A DNA stretch of 64,000 nt from Eledone cirrhosa (taxonomy: Eukaryota). Under the pieces are notes generated by a model that was given only the letters and a program-made list of their open reading frames with translations, did no database searches and was not told the DNA's origin. Shown piece after piece: positions 1 to 13,017 of the stretch. Numbering within the stretch: position 1 is the first letter of the stretch; each line of letters opens with the position of its first letter. The stretch lies in NCBI GenBank assembly GCA_964016885.1, contig OZ024753.1:16120001-16184000 (forward strand), read 5' to 3'. The translations under genes and the position numbers were made by a program.

Positions 1-12
1 TATTATGTCAGA

Positions 13-815
13 CTAGCCGGCCCTGTGCTGTCAAAAATGATGGCTAATTGTAATATCTATACATAATGTAAAAAAAAAAGAAATGTTCATTCGTTGGTTA
101 CTTCACGCTCATTCACACAAGTAATACAAACATACAAACACACCCCCTTCCTTCCTCAGTCGACATTATCACCCCTTCCTTCCTCAGTCGACGTTATCAC
201 CCCTCCTTCCTCAGTCGACCTCATCACCCCTTCCTTCCTCAGTCGACGTTATCACCCCTCCTGCCTCAGTCAACGTTATAACACCTTCTTTCCTCAGTCG
301 ATGTTATCACCCGCTCCTTCTCAACTCAACGTTATCACTCCTTCCTTCTCCAATCGACGTTATCAAACATTCCTTCCTAAGTCGACCTCATCACCCCTTC
401 CTTCCTCAGTCGACCTCATCACCCCTTCCTTCCTCACTCGACGTTATCACCCCCTCCTTCCTCAGTCGACTTTATCACCCCCTCCCTTCCGCAGTCGACG
501 TTATCACCCTTTCCTTCCTCGGTCAACGTTATCACCCCTTCCTTCCTCAGTCGACGTTATCACCCTTTCCTTCCTCAGTCGACGTTATCACCCCTTCCTT
601 CCTCACTCAACGTTATCACCCCCTCTTTCCTCAGTCGATTTTATCACCCCCTCTTTCCTCAGTCGATTTTATCACCCCCTTCCTTCCTCAGTCGACGTTA
701 TCACCCTTTCCTACCTCACTCGACGTTATCACCCCCTCCTTCCTCAGTCGACTTTATCACCCTCTTCCTTCCTCAGTCGACTTTATCACCCCCTTCCTTC
801 TTCAGTCGACGTTAT
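13..815 (-). mobile_element. Non-autonomous Helitron-like element (3' end at 13) carrying an expanded 28-bp minisatellite
   Basis: Minus strand ends GCCATCATTTTTGACAGC (degenerate hairpin)..CTAG|T. Bases 13-140 are homologous to 17830-17967 and 40052-40520. Confidence 0.6.
141..815. repeat. 28-bp minisatellite (ACCCCTTCCTTCCTCAGTCGACGTTATC), about 24 copies
   Basis: GTCGAC recurs at 159, 187 and onward with period 28. It explains ORF 94..831. Confidence 0.95.
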
Positions 816-1273
816 CTGCTTTTCCTGCTAGCAAGGGTTGGACAGGTCTACATAGAACAAATTGGTACTGAAGCAGGGCCACTGTAGTTCCAGACAGGCT
901 GAGATGGCTTGTATCCTACTTACATATGGTCATTGTCACGTGAAAATGAGAAGTTGTGTCTCTTGACACAAACTGAAAGATCCTCCTAACCCCTTGTTTG
1001 GTAAGCTTTCTATAGCTGGATGCCCTTCCTAACACCAACCCCTTTACAGCGTGGACTAGGTGTTTTTATTGTGTAGATTACCAATATTAGGGAAGGTGTC
1101 ATGTCCTTGACAAAACTAAAGGATCCTCCTAACCTAGTGTTTGGCATGTTTTCTATGGCTGGGTACCCTATATATATGTGAGTGTGTGTGTGTATAAAAG
1201 ATAAAGAGAATTAAACCAAACAACACAATACATTGCAAAAATATATTAGTTTAATGCTTGAAATAGCAGGAAT

Positions 1274-1311
1274 GTCTTAATGTTTTGGACACTAGTTCTT
1301 CATCAGATAGA
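1274..1311 (-). ncRNA. Decayed hammerhead ribozyme in a solo Penelope pseudo-LTR-like fragment (family A)
   Basis: Minus strand CTGATGA-AGAAC-TAGT-GTCC-AAAA-CATT-AAGAC. Homologous to 6593-6630, with GAAA mutated to AAAA. Confidence 0.55.
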
Positions 1312-1546
1312 ATTAGAAATAGAAGATAAATAGAAGGATAAAGAGTAGGAAGTGGAGTGGGAACTGAGATACCAAACGTGTGGGGGAAAACATGTGCATA
1401 TTCAGTCAGCCATTTTGAAGATATATATATGTGTGCATGTGTGTGTGTGTGTGTGTGTGTGGATATAAATATCTGTGTGCACATATGTGTGTGTGTGCAT
1501 GTATGTATATAAATATCTGTGTGCACATATGTGTGTGTGTGCATGT

Positions 1547-1604
<58 letters not shown>

Positions 1605-1609
1605 GTAGT

Positions 1610-3235
1610 ATCACTACGAGAAACTACTAAAGAGGAGAATAAATGGGGAAAATATAGTCAGACCCATATCGATCCAATAGAAGGACCAGCGGTGCAAGTT
1701 AAAGGTAGTATAATAAGTAAGGCAATCAAAGATATGAAGACAGGCAAAGCAGCTGGGCCTTTGGAGATAGTTGCTGAGATGTTGAAAGCATCAGGGCTCT
1801 ATCCTTAGCCCCCTACTATTTATTATCACCCTTCAGGCTATAACAGAGGAGTTCAAGACCGGCTGCCCATGGGAACTTCTATACACAGATAATCTAACTC
1901 TCATAGCTGAATTTATGGCTGAACTAAAGAAATTCCAAACATGGAAGCATGGCCTAGAATCAAAAGGCCTTAAAGTTAACTTGTCTAAGACTAAAGTTCT
2001 AGTATGTAGAAAGGAAAATAGGACATGGGTGCCCTCTGGGAAATGGCCATGCTCAGTGTGTAGGAAAGGAGTAGGCAGAAATTCCATTTTATGTCCCAAA
2101 TGCAAACTCTCGGTACATAAAAGATGTAGTGGGATCACAGGTAAGCTATCTAATTACGTAGATTTTATATGTGGCCAATGCTCAGGTACAATAAGTAGCA
2201 AGTGCCCACAGGATACTAGCTCCTCCTATTGCCCAGATGGTTCTATAGAAATAGTAGACACCTTCCGTTACCTGGGTGACAAAATCAACAGTGGTGGAGG
2301 GTGCTCTGAAAGTACAGTAGCCAGAGTCAGAACGCGATGGAAAAAGTTCAGAGAGCTTATACTGCTGTTGGCCACAAAAGGTTTCTCTCTAAAAATGAAA
2401 GGCAGATTGTATGACGCCTGTATACGAACAGCAATGTTACATGGCAGTAAGACTTGGGCATTGCGTGAAGAGGACCTGCGCAGACTGGAAAGGAACGAAG
2501 CATGCATGCCCCGTTGGATGTGAAATAGTAATATACGTGAACGGCAAAACATAAATGAACTAAGTGAGAAATTAGGAATAAGAGAGATCAGATACTGTTT
2601 ACTTGAGAGAAGACTACGTTGGTATGGTCCCGTGATGCACTTGAAAGATGACAGCTGTATAAAAAGTTGCAGGGTGATCAAAATTGGTGGATGTTTCAAA
2701 GTAGATAGACCCAGAAAAACCTGACCTTACACACTTGCACCTCTCTAAGACAATGTCACTGGACCAAGATCTTAGGCACCATGCAGTAATACAGAAGACC
2801 CGCCTTGCCTATGTACAAAGCGAAACCTAGTCAGTAGGTACCTCTTAACCAAATATACACCCCAATCCACTACCCCTACTCCACCCTCCCACTCCCACCA
2901 ACACCACCATTTCTCTGTAAAGTTGGTACTACAACATCCAGTCCAAATAAATGAGATAATGAGATCGAGATCATGTAAGTGTCATGAAAAATAAACACAG
3001 TCCACTCTGTAATGTGGCCGTGTAGGTAACACAGTAAAAAGTTCCCAGTCGACATTATAAATGTGGTTGGTGTTAGGAAGGGCATCCAGCCATATAAAAC
3101 CAGCCAGATAGTCCTATACAAGCGAGACACAGTCACCTGACCAATCTTGCCTCAAATTAGGACAACTCCCATCTAACCCATGCTAGCGTGGAAAATAGAC
3201 GTTAAACGATGATGATGATGATGATGATGATGATG
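1610..3235 (+). mobile_element. RTE-clade LINE, 5'-truncated and internally deleted, with PHD finger in the RT and a (GAT)n tail
   Basis: Degenerate YTDN at the YADD position, GLKVNLSKTKVL, FRYLG, KGRLY, RRLRWYG. 3' UTR ends in (GAT)n. Homologous to 61029-62345. Confidence 0.93.
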
Positions 3236-3249
3236 TTATGTATTGCACT

Positions 3250-3530
3250 CCATCATCCACTTTTCTAAAAAAGTAAATCCTACACAAAACGCCAGCACCA
3301 ACAGTTTTCCAAGAGATGTCAACATGAATGGACCTGTTATTTTTATCTAAAAACATTTTTTCCAATTCCTCCCTGCCCGTCCCCTCGATCTTTCTAATTT
3401 CTCATTCTTTCTTCTGATGAAGGACTAGCGCCGGAAACATTAAGACTCTCTTCCTGCTCTATCAAGCATTAACCTAATATATTCCTTCCATATACGGTAT
3501 CGGTTGTGCTGTTATTTCTGTTTACCTTTT
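3250..3530 (+). mobile_element. Solo Penelope pseudo-LTR/3' UTR fragment
   Basis: Near-identical to 6440-6715 downstream of the GIY-YIG ORF. Contains a hammerhead motif. Confidence 0.8.
3409..3446 (+). ncRNA. Minimal type I hammerhead ribozyme, partly degenerate (family A)
   Basis: TCTT-CTGATGA-AGGAC-TAGC-GCCG-GAAA-CATT-AAGA. Stem II is disrupted relative to the 6593 copy. Confidence 0.65.
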
Positions 3531-3622
3531 ACACACACACACACACACACACATACATACATATATCATCATCATCATCATTTTATGTACGCTTCTCCGT
3601 GTGTGTTATTTCTGTTTACCTT

Positions 3623-3670
<48 letters not shown>

Positions 3671-3802
3671 CGAGAGAGAGAGAGAGACAGAAAGGTTGGT
3701 AGGTAGATATAATGATATAGATAATCCACAAACATAGCTTTTGTTACAGTTTGGTGAAGAAACTGACTGCTATTTATTCTATAAAGTACTCCAAGTAGAA
3801 GT

Positions 3803-3990
3803 AATAATTGTTTCTACTTTAGGCACAAGGCCAGCAAATTACCCAGTGCATTACTGGTACTTTATTTTATCGACCCCGTAAGGATGAAAGGCAAAGTCAA
3901 CCTCGGCGGGATTTGAACTCAGATCGTAAAGGGACGTAACTATGCTGGAAAGCATGGCGTCCGACTCTCTACCGATACTGCCAATCCACA
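3803..3990 (-). mobile_element. tRNA-derived SINE with Meta-like central domain
   Basis: Minus strand A box TGGCAGTATCGG, B box GTTCAAATCC, TTTCATCCTTACGGGGTCGATAAAATAAAGTACCAG, and (ATT)n tail. Confidence 0.8.
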
Positions 3991-4984
3991 ATAACAACAA
4001 TTTTGAGTATGGAAATGAGAGGAAAGTAAGATATAAGATGAGAAAGATGTACATTGATGTATGTCTTATGTTTTATAGATAATGAAGCAGCAGCTGTTCT
4101 TGATAATAGTTCAATACGGTCTTCCCCACCGCCCTTCCCTCACCATATTTTACACAATAGCCGAATGTCATCATCATCATCATCATTTTATGTTCATTGT
4201 TAATGCTGACCTGTGGTGTAGGGGTTGTCACAATGGTGACCTGACTGGACCTTATCATCATCATCATTTAAAGTTCCTTTTCCACGCTAGCATGGGTTAG
4301 CTGGATTGTCCCATTGTGAGACATGCCAGGACTGATGACCATGACTTGCTCGTGCAGAAATGGGTTTTCGTATGGTTTTAACAGCTGGATGCCCTTCCTA
4401 ACATCAACCACTTTACAGTGTGTGCTGGGTGCGTTTTGAAATGACACCCACACAACCACTAGATACCCTTTCAAATGGCAATCACTTTATAGAGTGTTGG
4501 ATCTATATTATCAGGGCTCCAGCGCTACCATCTCACACAGTTTATTGGGTTTGTTTTATTGTGGCACCAACAGTATCATTTAACAGAGTGGCCCGTCTAA
4601 ACCCATGCTAGCGTGGAAGATAGACGTTAAATGATGATGATGATGATGATGAACCAGGTGTATCATCATCGTATGTCCATTTACTATTATAGAATGAAAC
4701 CAGCACTAGGGGGGGGGGGCTGTGTACTCAGCCTGACTGATGAACCCTCTTTAATCCCCAACTATATTAAAGGGTGTACTGTTCCTCACTATGTCCTCAC
4801 AATGTTCTCACCCACACCATCATTTTGTTTACTTCCAGACACTCCCATGCTGGGAGTACTTCAAATAAAGTGATCAAATAATGGAATTATTTGTAGTGCT
4901 CCAGTATGGCCATAGCCTAATGATTGAAACCAGTGAAAACATAATAGATAAACGTTCATCACATTCTTCCCACACCCCATATAT

Positions 4985-5311
4985 CATCATCATCATTATT
5001 TTACGTCCGCTTTTTCCCTGCTTGCAGAACTGATTCTGACTTGATTTCTAAATTTGGATGCCCTTCCTAACACCAACCTCATTTACAGTGAGTGCTGGGT
5101 GCTTTTTTGCCGTGGCACCTCCACGTCCACTTTGCAGTGGAATGATAGGGACCCCAGTCCCTATCATCTCATTTCTACAGCTGAGTAAACTGGAGCAATG
5201 TGAAATAAAGTGTCTTGCTCAAGGAAACAACACATCACCCGGTCTGGGAATTGAACTCACAACCTTTCGATTGCAAGGCCAATGTTCTAACCACGAAGCC
5301 ATGTGCCTCCA
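4985..5311 (-). mobile_element. tRNA-derived CORE-SINE with RTE-derived 3' tail
   Basis: Minus strand tRNA-like head, CORE-like CCTTGAGCAAGACACTTTATTTCAC, and a tail shared with the RTE 3' UTR ending in (GAT)n. Confidence 0.8.
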
Positions 5312-5512
5312 TATATATATATATATATATATGTATCGACAATCGATTTTTGTCAAATTGGACCAAGGAAACAATGTTTCCATTGGTCTTTCCAGTTGCT
5401 AATACTATCTATTGGTCGCAACTCCAGTACCCATTCCCTTTGTATCGCTTCCTGCTTCATCCAGCGTGGATATCCCCCCCAACCCTGATCCAAGCTGCTC
5501 TCACCTACACCC

Positions 5513-6121
5513 GTGAAACAGACTGCACCACAGCCCTCTCACCTACCACTCCAGCGACATATCCTCTGTTCCTTCCGTATCCTCTCTTCTGACCCCGTCA
5601 CTTCTCTCTTTTTTCCAAACCCACCCATTACTGCTTTTAAGCACGCCCGCAACCTCCTCGACCTCCTGGTTCGTAGTTCCTTCTCGTCCTCTACCACGAC
5701 TCCACCCGGCTCTCATCCTTGTTCCCGTTCCCTCTGCAACACTTGTCCCTTTATTTCCACCCTCACCACTCTTACAAGCCCTAACGGGTCTTTCCGTATC
5801 CGCCATTCCTTCACCTGCACATCCACCCACGTTGTCTATGCCCTCCGGTGTTCCCTTTGCGGGTCTTTATATATCGGACAAACGGGACGCCGTATGGCGG
5901 ACCGTTTTGCCGAGCATTTGAGGGACATACGACTCGGTTTGGATACTCCTGTCGCCCGTCATTTCTGTTCTCCTGGTCATTCTTCCCTACATGTTTCAGT
6001 CATCGGTGTCCTTTTACATCATGGATCACAGGCCTCACGCACCAGGACTGAACAAAGTCTGATTCACCGCCTTGGGTCCTATTCCCCTCTTGGACTCAAC
6101 TCACCTCCCCAATTTCTCTAA
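5513..6121 (+). pseudogene. GIY-YIG endonuclease domain of a Penelope-like element
   Basis: PCSRSLCNTCPFI, FTCTSTHVVYALRCSLCGSLYIGQTGR, RFAEH, VARHF, EQSLIHRL and GLN are diagnostic PLE endonuclease motifs. Confidence 0.92.
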
Positions 6122-6592
6122 TACCCCATCCATTATCACACCCCTAGGTTCCTATCGCTTTCTCTTGATCATTAACATCTTCTCTTACAACTAATACAGA
6201 CCAACTATATATGCTCACTCCACCTTTCCCTTCACAGCTCTGTGTACACACCCTTATATTAACATACTTTTGCTCATTGCTTCATACTTACATGCACACA
6301 CAATCTTTTACTCACATATACACACACATTTCTTCTTAGCTTCGTACGGATTTATAACACACACACGCTTATGCACGTGCACAAGTAAAGCTCTTTTTAC
6401 AAAACATTTTTTTCCCATTTCAGGTAGACACACTCTATCATCCACTTTTCTAAAAAATAAATCATACACAAAACGCCAGCATCAACAGTTTTGCAAGAGA
6501 TGTCAACATGAATGGACCTTTTATTTTTATCTAAAGATATTTTTTGCAATTCCATCCTGCCCATCCCCTCAATCTATCTTATTTCTCATTCT

Positions 6593-6630
6593 GTCTTCTG
6601 ATGAAGGACTAGCGTCCGAAACGTTAAGAC
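6593..6630 (+). ncRNA. Minimal type I hammerhead ribozyme, intact (family A)
   Basis: Stem I GTCTT/AAGAC, core CTGATGA(A), stem II GGAC-TAGC-GTCC, GAAA, palindromic AACGTT stem III, cleavage triplet GUU (or UUA). Confidence 0.85.
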
Positions 6631-7579
6631 CCTCTTGCTGCTATTTCAAGCGTTAACCTAATATATACCTTCCATATACTGTACCGATTGTGTTGTTATT
6701 GCTGTTTACCTTTTACATACATATGTACATATATAATCCATATGTTGAAAATGTTATAGTGAAGTATATATATATACTTATATATATATACTTATATATA
6801 TATATATATATATATATACTTATATATATATACATATATATGTATGTATATATACATACACAAATACACACACACATAAATATATATGTATGTATATATA
6901 TATACACATACAGACTTCATCCAACAGAAATTAATAAAGAGAAAAAACACCAAGTTTTCATATCTAAATTGAACAGACATAAAAATATTGGCCTTTTGAT
7001 TTTCTTTTCATACATGAAAAATTACTTTGCAGAAGCTGATAGTGTATGTAGCAGGCTTACAGAAAATATCTACTACTACTACTGCTGCTACTACTACTGA
7101 TACTAATAATACCATCAACACCATCTCCACTACCCACCATCTCCACTACCACCAACATAACTACCATTAGTTGTTTTGCTATAAACACTGTTATTTTTGA
7201 TGGGTACTATGTTAGTTGTATTATATTTCATTTGATATTTTGGGGGTAGAATAACAAAAATATTTGTGAAGTTGTTCTTATTGTTCATATTAGTCTCTTC
7301 CTTTTCTTTTCTCTTTTTTATCATCTTGTTCTTCATCTTTCTGTCCTTCAACTTCTCTTTCTAATCTTCCCTTCTTTTTACTTTATCTCCATCTTTATTA
7401 TCTTCATCATCCACTTCTTTTTATATGTTTTCCTCTTCATCTGCTTCCTCATCTTTCTCTTTTTCATTGTCTCCATCTCTTTCTCTTCATTTTTGTCTTA
7501 TAATAATAATTAATGTTATTTATATTAATATCATTATTATTGTTACTGCTGTACCATTTTGTTAACATTATTATTATTT

Positions 7580-7778
7580 GGATTGGCAGTATCGGTAGAG
7601 GGTCGGACGCCATGCTTTGCAACATAGAGTTACGGCCCTTGCTATTCTGAGTTCAAATCCCGCCGAGGTTAACTTTGCCTTTCATCCTTACGGGGGTCGA
7701 TAAAATAAAGTACCAGTAATACACCGGGATAATTGCTGGCCTTGTGACAAAAGTAGAAACAATTATTATTATTATTAC
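7580..7778 (+). mobile_element. tRNA-derived SINE with Meta-like central domain
   Basis: A box, B box GTTCAAATCC, central domain and (ATT)n tail. Further copies lie at about 10660-10845(-), 13120-13325(-), 13525-13930(+, two), 16630-16730, 23690-23790, 33310-33500(-) and 45165-45475(-). Confidence 0.85.
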
Positions 7779-8164
7779 AACACAATTTTATGTGATTAAA
7801 TTTCTTTTATGCTCAAAATTTTTTCTAAATTTTTTCAAAATATTTCAAAAGTTCTTCATTTCTCTCCTTCCATTCTATCTTAGAGTACCTTCAGCTCTTC
7901 AAATACATTTTTACTGAGAGAAGGAAAAACAACTAAAACTAACAAAAAATAAATAAAATTCCCTTTCATTTATTGTTGTTGTTGGTTGTTTTATAATTCT
8001 CTGCTGTTCATATTCTTTCAGTAGAAATATGTTCTAAACCAATAATTATTCCATCCAACCAAACTACCACATACAATTGGGTTGGCTTGTTTTTTTTGTG
8101 TAAAACATTTGTTTTTCAATTTATAAATTTTGATCTTTAGCCATTTTATTCTGTGCACATTAAT

Positions 8165-10485
8165 CACTACTACTGATACTACTACTACCACCACCTCCAC
8201 ACTACTACAACTGCTGCTACCACCACTATTACTGCTACTACTACCACCACCACCACCACTACCACCACCACCACCACCACACTACTACAACTGCTGCTAC
8301 CACCACTATTACTGCTACTACTAATACCACCACCACAACTACTGCTACTACTAATACTACCACCACAACTACTGCTACTACTAATACTACCACCACAACT
8401 ACTACTACTACTACTACTAATACTACCACCACAACTACTACTACTACTACTGCTGCTACTACCACTATTAATGCTACTACTAATACCACCACCACACCTA
8501 CCACTACTACTAATGCTGCTACTACCACTATTACTGCTACTACTAATACCACCACCACAACTACCACTACTACTAATACTACCACTACAACTACTACTAA
8601 TGCTGCTACTACTACTATTACCGCTACTACTAATACTACCACCACAACTACCACTACTACTAATACTACCACCACAACTACCACTACCACTAATACTACC
8701 ACCACAACTACCACTACCACTACTACTACTACTAATACTACAACTACCACTATTACTGCTACTACTAATACTACCACCACAACTACCACTACTACTAATA
8801 CTACCACCACAACTACCACTACTACTAATACTACCACCACAACTACCACTACTACTAATTCTGCTACTACCACTATTACTGCTACTACTAATACTACCAC
8901 TACAACTACCACTACTACTAATGCTGCTACTACCACTATTACAGCTACTACTAATACTACCACCACAACTACCACTACAACTACCACTACTACTACCACT
9001 ATTACTGCTACCACTACAACTACCACTAATGCTGCTACTACCACTATTACTGCTACTACTAATACTACCACCACAACTACCACTACTACTAATTCTGCTA
9101 CTACCACTATTACTGCTACTACTAATACTACCACTACAACTACCACTACAACTACCACTACTACTACTACTAATACTACCACTACAACTACCACTATTAC
9201 AGCTACTACTAATACTACCACCACAACTACCACTACTACTAATTCTGCTACTACCACTATTACTGCTACTACTAATACTACCACCACAACTACCACTACT
9301 ACTAATTCTGCTACTACCACTATTACTGCTACTACTAATACTACCACCACAACTACCACTACTACTAATTCTGCTACTACCACTATTACTGCTACTACTA
9401 ATACTACCACCACAACTACCACTACAACTACCACTACTACTACTACTAATACTACCACTACAACTACCACTATTACAGCTACTACTAATACTACCACCAC
9501 AACTACCACTACTACTAATTCTGCTACTACCACTATTACTGCTACTACTAATACTACCACCACAACTACCACTACAACTACCACTACTACTACTACTAAT
9601 ACTACCACTACAACTACCACTATTACAGCTACTACTAATACTACCACCACAACTACCACTACTACTAATTCTGCTACTACCACTATTACTGCTACTACTA
9701 ATACTACCACCACAACTACCACTACTACTAATTCTGCTACTACCACTATTACTGCTACTACTAATACTACCACCACAACTACCACTACTACTAATGCTGC
9801 TACTACCACTATTACTGCTACTACTAATACTACCACCACAACTACCCCTACTACTAATTCTGCTACTACCACTATTACTGCTACTACTAATACTACCACC
9901 ACAACTACCACTACTACTAATTCTGCTACTACCACTATTACTGCTACTACTAATACTACCACTACCACTAATGCTGCTACTACCACTATTACTGCTACTA
10001 CTAATACTACCACCACAACTACCACTACTACTAATTCTGCTACTACCACTATTACAGCTACTACTAATACTACCACCACAACTACCACTACTACTAATTC
10101 TGCTACTACCACTATTACTGCTACTACTAATACTACCACCACAACTACCACTACTACTAATTCTGCTACTACCACTATTACTGCTACTACTAATACTACC
10201 ACCACAACTACCACTACTACTAATTCTGCTACTACCACTATTACTGCTACTACTAATACTACCACTACCACTAATGCTGCTACTACCACTATTACTGCTA
10301 CTACTAATACTACCACTACTACTAATGCTGCTACTACCACTACTACTACTAATACTACCACTACTACTGATTCTGCTAGTAACATTATTACAGCTACTAC
10401 TAATACCACCACCACAACTACCAATACCACCACCACAACTACCACTACTACTAATACTACCACCACAACTACTACTACCATCAAT
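8165..10485. repeat. Compound (ACT/ACC)n trinucleotide array with a 60-bp higher-order unit
   Basis: Recurring AATTCTGCTACTACCACTATTACTGCTACTACTAATACTACCACCACAACTACCACTACTACT. Explains the poly-V and poly-L ORFs. Confidence 0.95.
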
Positions 10486-11074
10486 ATGATCATAATTGTT
10501 TCTAGTTTAGATCCAAGGCCAGCACATTCTGAGGAAGGGCAAAATAGGTTAAATCAACCCAAATATATGACTGGTACCTTATTTGATCAGACCCAGATGG
10601 ATGAAAGACAAAGTTGACCTCGGCAGAATTTGAAGAGGGAGTGTAAAGAGCTGGAATAAATAATTGTTTCTACTTCTGGCACAAGGCCAGCAATTATCCC
10701 AGTGTATTACTGCTACTTTATTTTATCGACCCCGTAAGGATAAAAGGCAAAGTTAACCTCGGCGGGATTTGAACTCAGATCATAAAGGGCCGTAACTCTA
10801 TGCTGCAAAGCATGGGGGTCCGACCCCCTACCAATACTGCCAATAAGGCATTATGCTTGATGCTCCAACAATTCTGTTCCTGTATTTGACACTAACCCCT
10901 TCCCCATTCTTACATCTATATATAAATCTCTGCGATTCTGTCACAACACGTAAAGAGAGAGGAGTAGTTTGACTACCTCATACTACTACTCTCTCTTTAC
11001 ATCTGTTGCCTGCATGTATCTATGTATGTATGTGTGTGTAAAAGGAAGGAAGGGGATGGTGAAAAAATGTTGCT

Positions 11075-12155
11075 GTGTGTGAGCATATGTGTATGTCTGT
11101 GTGAATGTATCTGTGTGTGAATGTATCTGTGTGTGTGTGTGTGAATGTATGTGAATGTTTGTCTGCATGTATGTGTGTGTTTGTCTGCATCTATGTGTGT
11201 GTATGTGTGAATGTATGTGCGTGTTTGTGTGCATGTATGTGTGTTTGTGTGAATGTGTGTGTGAATGTGTACGTGTGTGTTTGTGTGAATGTGTGTTTGT
11301 GTGAATGTGTATGTGTGAATGTATGTGCGTGTTTGTGTGAATGTATGTGCGTGTTTGTGTGCATGTATGTGCGTGTTTGTGTGCATGTATGTGCGTGTTT
11401 GTGTGAATGTATGTGCGTGTTTGTGTGCATGTATGCGTGTTTGTGCGCATGTATGCGTGTTTGTGTGAATGTATGTGCGTGTTTGTGTGAATGTATGTGC
11501 GTGTTTGTGTGCATGTATGTGCGTGTTTGTGTGCATGTATGTGCGTGTGTGTGAATGTATATGTGTATGTGTGCATGTATGTGCGTGTTTGTTTGCATGT
11601 ATGTGTGTTTGTGTGAATGTATGTGTGTGTTTGTGAATGTGTATGTGTGAATGTATGTGCGTGTGTGTGTGCATGTATGTGTTTGTGTGAATGTATATGT
11701 GTATGTGTGTATGTGTGCATGTATGTGTTTGTGTGTGTGTTTGTGTGAATGTATGTGCGTTTTTGTGTGCATGTATGTGCGTGTGTGTGTGCATGTATGT
11801 GTTTGTGTGAATGTATATGCGTGTTTGTGTGCATGTATGTGTGTTTGTGTGCATGTATGTGTGTTTGTGTGCATGTATGTGTGTTTGTGTGCATGTATGT
11901 GTTTGTGTGAATGTATGTGCGTGTTTGTGTGAATGTATGTGTGTTTGTGTGAATGTATGTGTAAGTGTGAATGTATGTGTGTGTATGTGTGAATGTATGT
12001 GTGCATGTATGTGTGTTTGTGTGCATGTATGTGTGTTTGTGTGTATGTATGTGTGTTTGTGTGCATGTATGTGTGTGTTTGTGTGAATGTATGTGCGTGT
12101 TTGTGTGAATGTATGTCTGAGTGTGTATTTTTGTAAGTTTGTCTGTGTTTGTGCA
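11075..12155. repeat. (GT)-derived minisatellite of about 22 bp (GTGTTTGTGTGCATGTATGTGC)
   Basis: Direct inspection. Explains the HT- and CV-rich ORFs. Confidence 0.9.
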
Positions 12156-12174
12156 TTTATATTTATATACTCAT

Positions 12175-12710
12175 ACTATGGATTGGTTGCTGCGTAATAT
12201 CAAATCGCTCTATGTTGGGCAGCTTTCAACAAGAACAAGGAAGTAATAACATCAAAACGAGTTTCCTACAATTTGAAGGCTAAGATCTTTGATACTTACA
12301 TCATACCAGTTGTGTTATATGGTCTTGACTGTGTTAATTGGACAACAAGGTCACTTCAGAAGCCCTCTACACTCCAGAACCACATCATGAGACTTATGAC
12401 TGGCAAGCGGCTCAGCGACTGTATCTGTACCAGTGAGCTGCTCAACATTACCAAACTTAGACCAATTCCAACAATTATTAAGTCAAGAGTACTCAAATTA
12501 TACGGCCATATAAAAAGATCAACTCGTGGAAGGAAAGGTTGGCTGGTAAGAGAAGCAGAGGTCAGCAGCCAAAACAATGGCTTGACAATGTCAACTTATG
12601 GACTGGACTGGATCTTTGCTCTTTGAACTCTGCTGCTGGTGATCGAACTTTGTGGAGAAAAATCTCTCATGATGCGCAGTCTGGCAGAGTTTAGCATCAC
12701 AAGAGAGACT
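12175..12710 (+). mobile_element. RTE-clade LINE 3' fragment (different family)
   Basis: KAKIFDTYIIPVVLYGLDC..QNHIMRLM..RVLKLYGHIKR matches the RTE ORF2 C-terminus. Confidence 0.8.
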
Positions 12711-12971
12711 CATACATATAAATGCATGTATATGGACATACACACACATATACACATACATGTCAGCGTGTTCAAAAAAATTCTAGTACATTAGACACAT
12801 TGATGGAGCCATGTAGGAACCATGTAGGCATGGCTGTGTGGTTATGGAGTTTACTTAACAACCATCATGTTTTAGGTTCAATTTCTATTAAATGACACTT
12901 GGTACCTCTTTGAGTGGACCAACATCTTGGAGTGGAATTTTGCAGACAGAAACTCTAGAACCCCATAGTGT

Positions 12972-13017
<46 letters not shown>

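Larger units (their letters stand above)
5430..6720 (+). mobile_element. Penelope-like element (Neptune-type), 5'-truncated: end of RT, Cys-rich linker, GIY-YIG endonuclease and pseudo-LTR with hammerhead
   Basis: FIQRGYP..LIQAAL motif across a frameshift, GIY-YIG ORF, and a 3' UTR hammerhead. Bounded by (TA)n. Confidence 0.9.

Noticed and set aside
8259-10493. 744-aa poly-Val and 672-aa Leu/Pro ORFs
   Set aside because: They are translations of a trinucleotide array.
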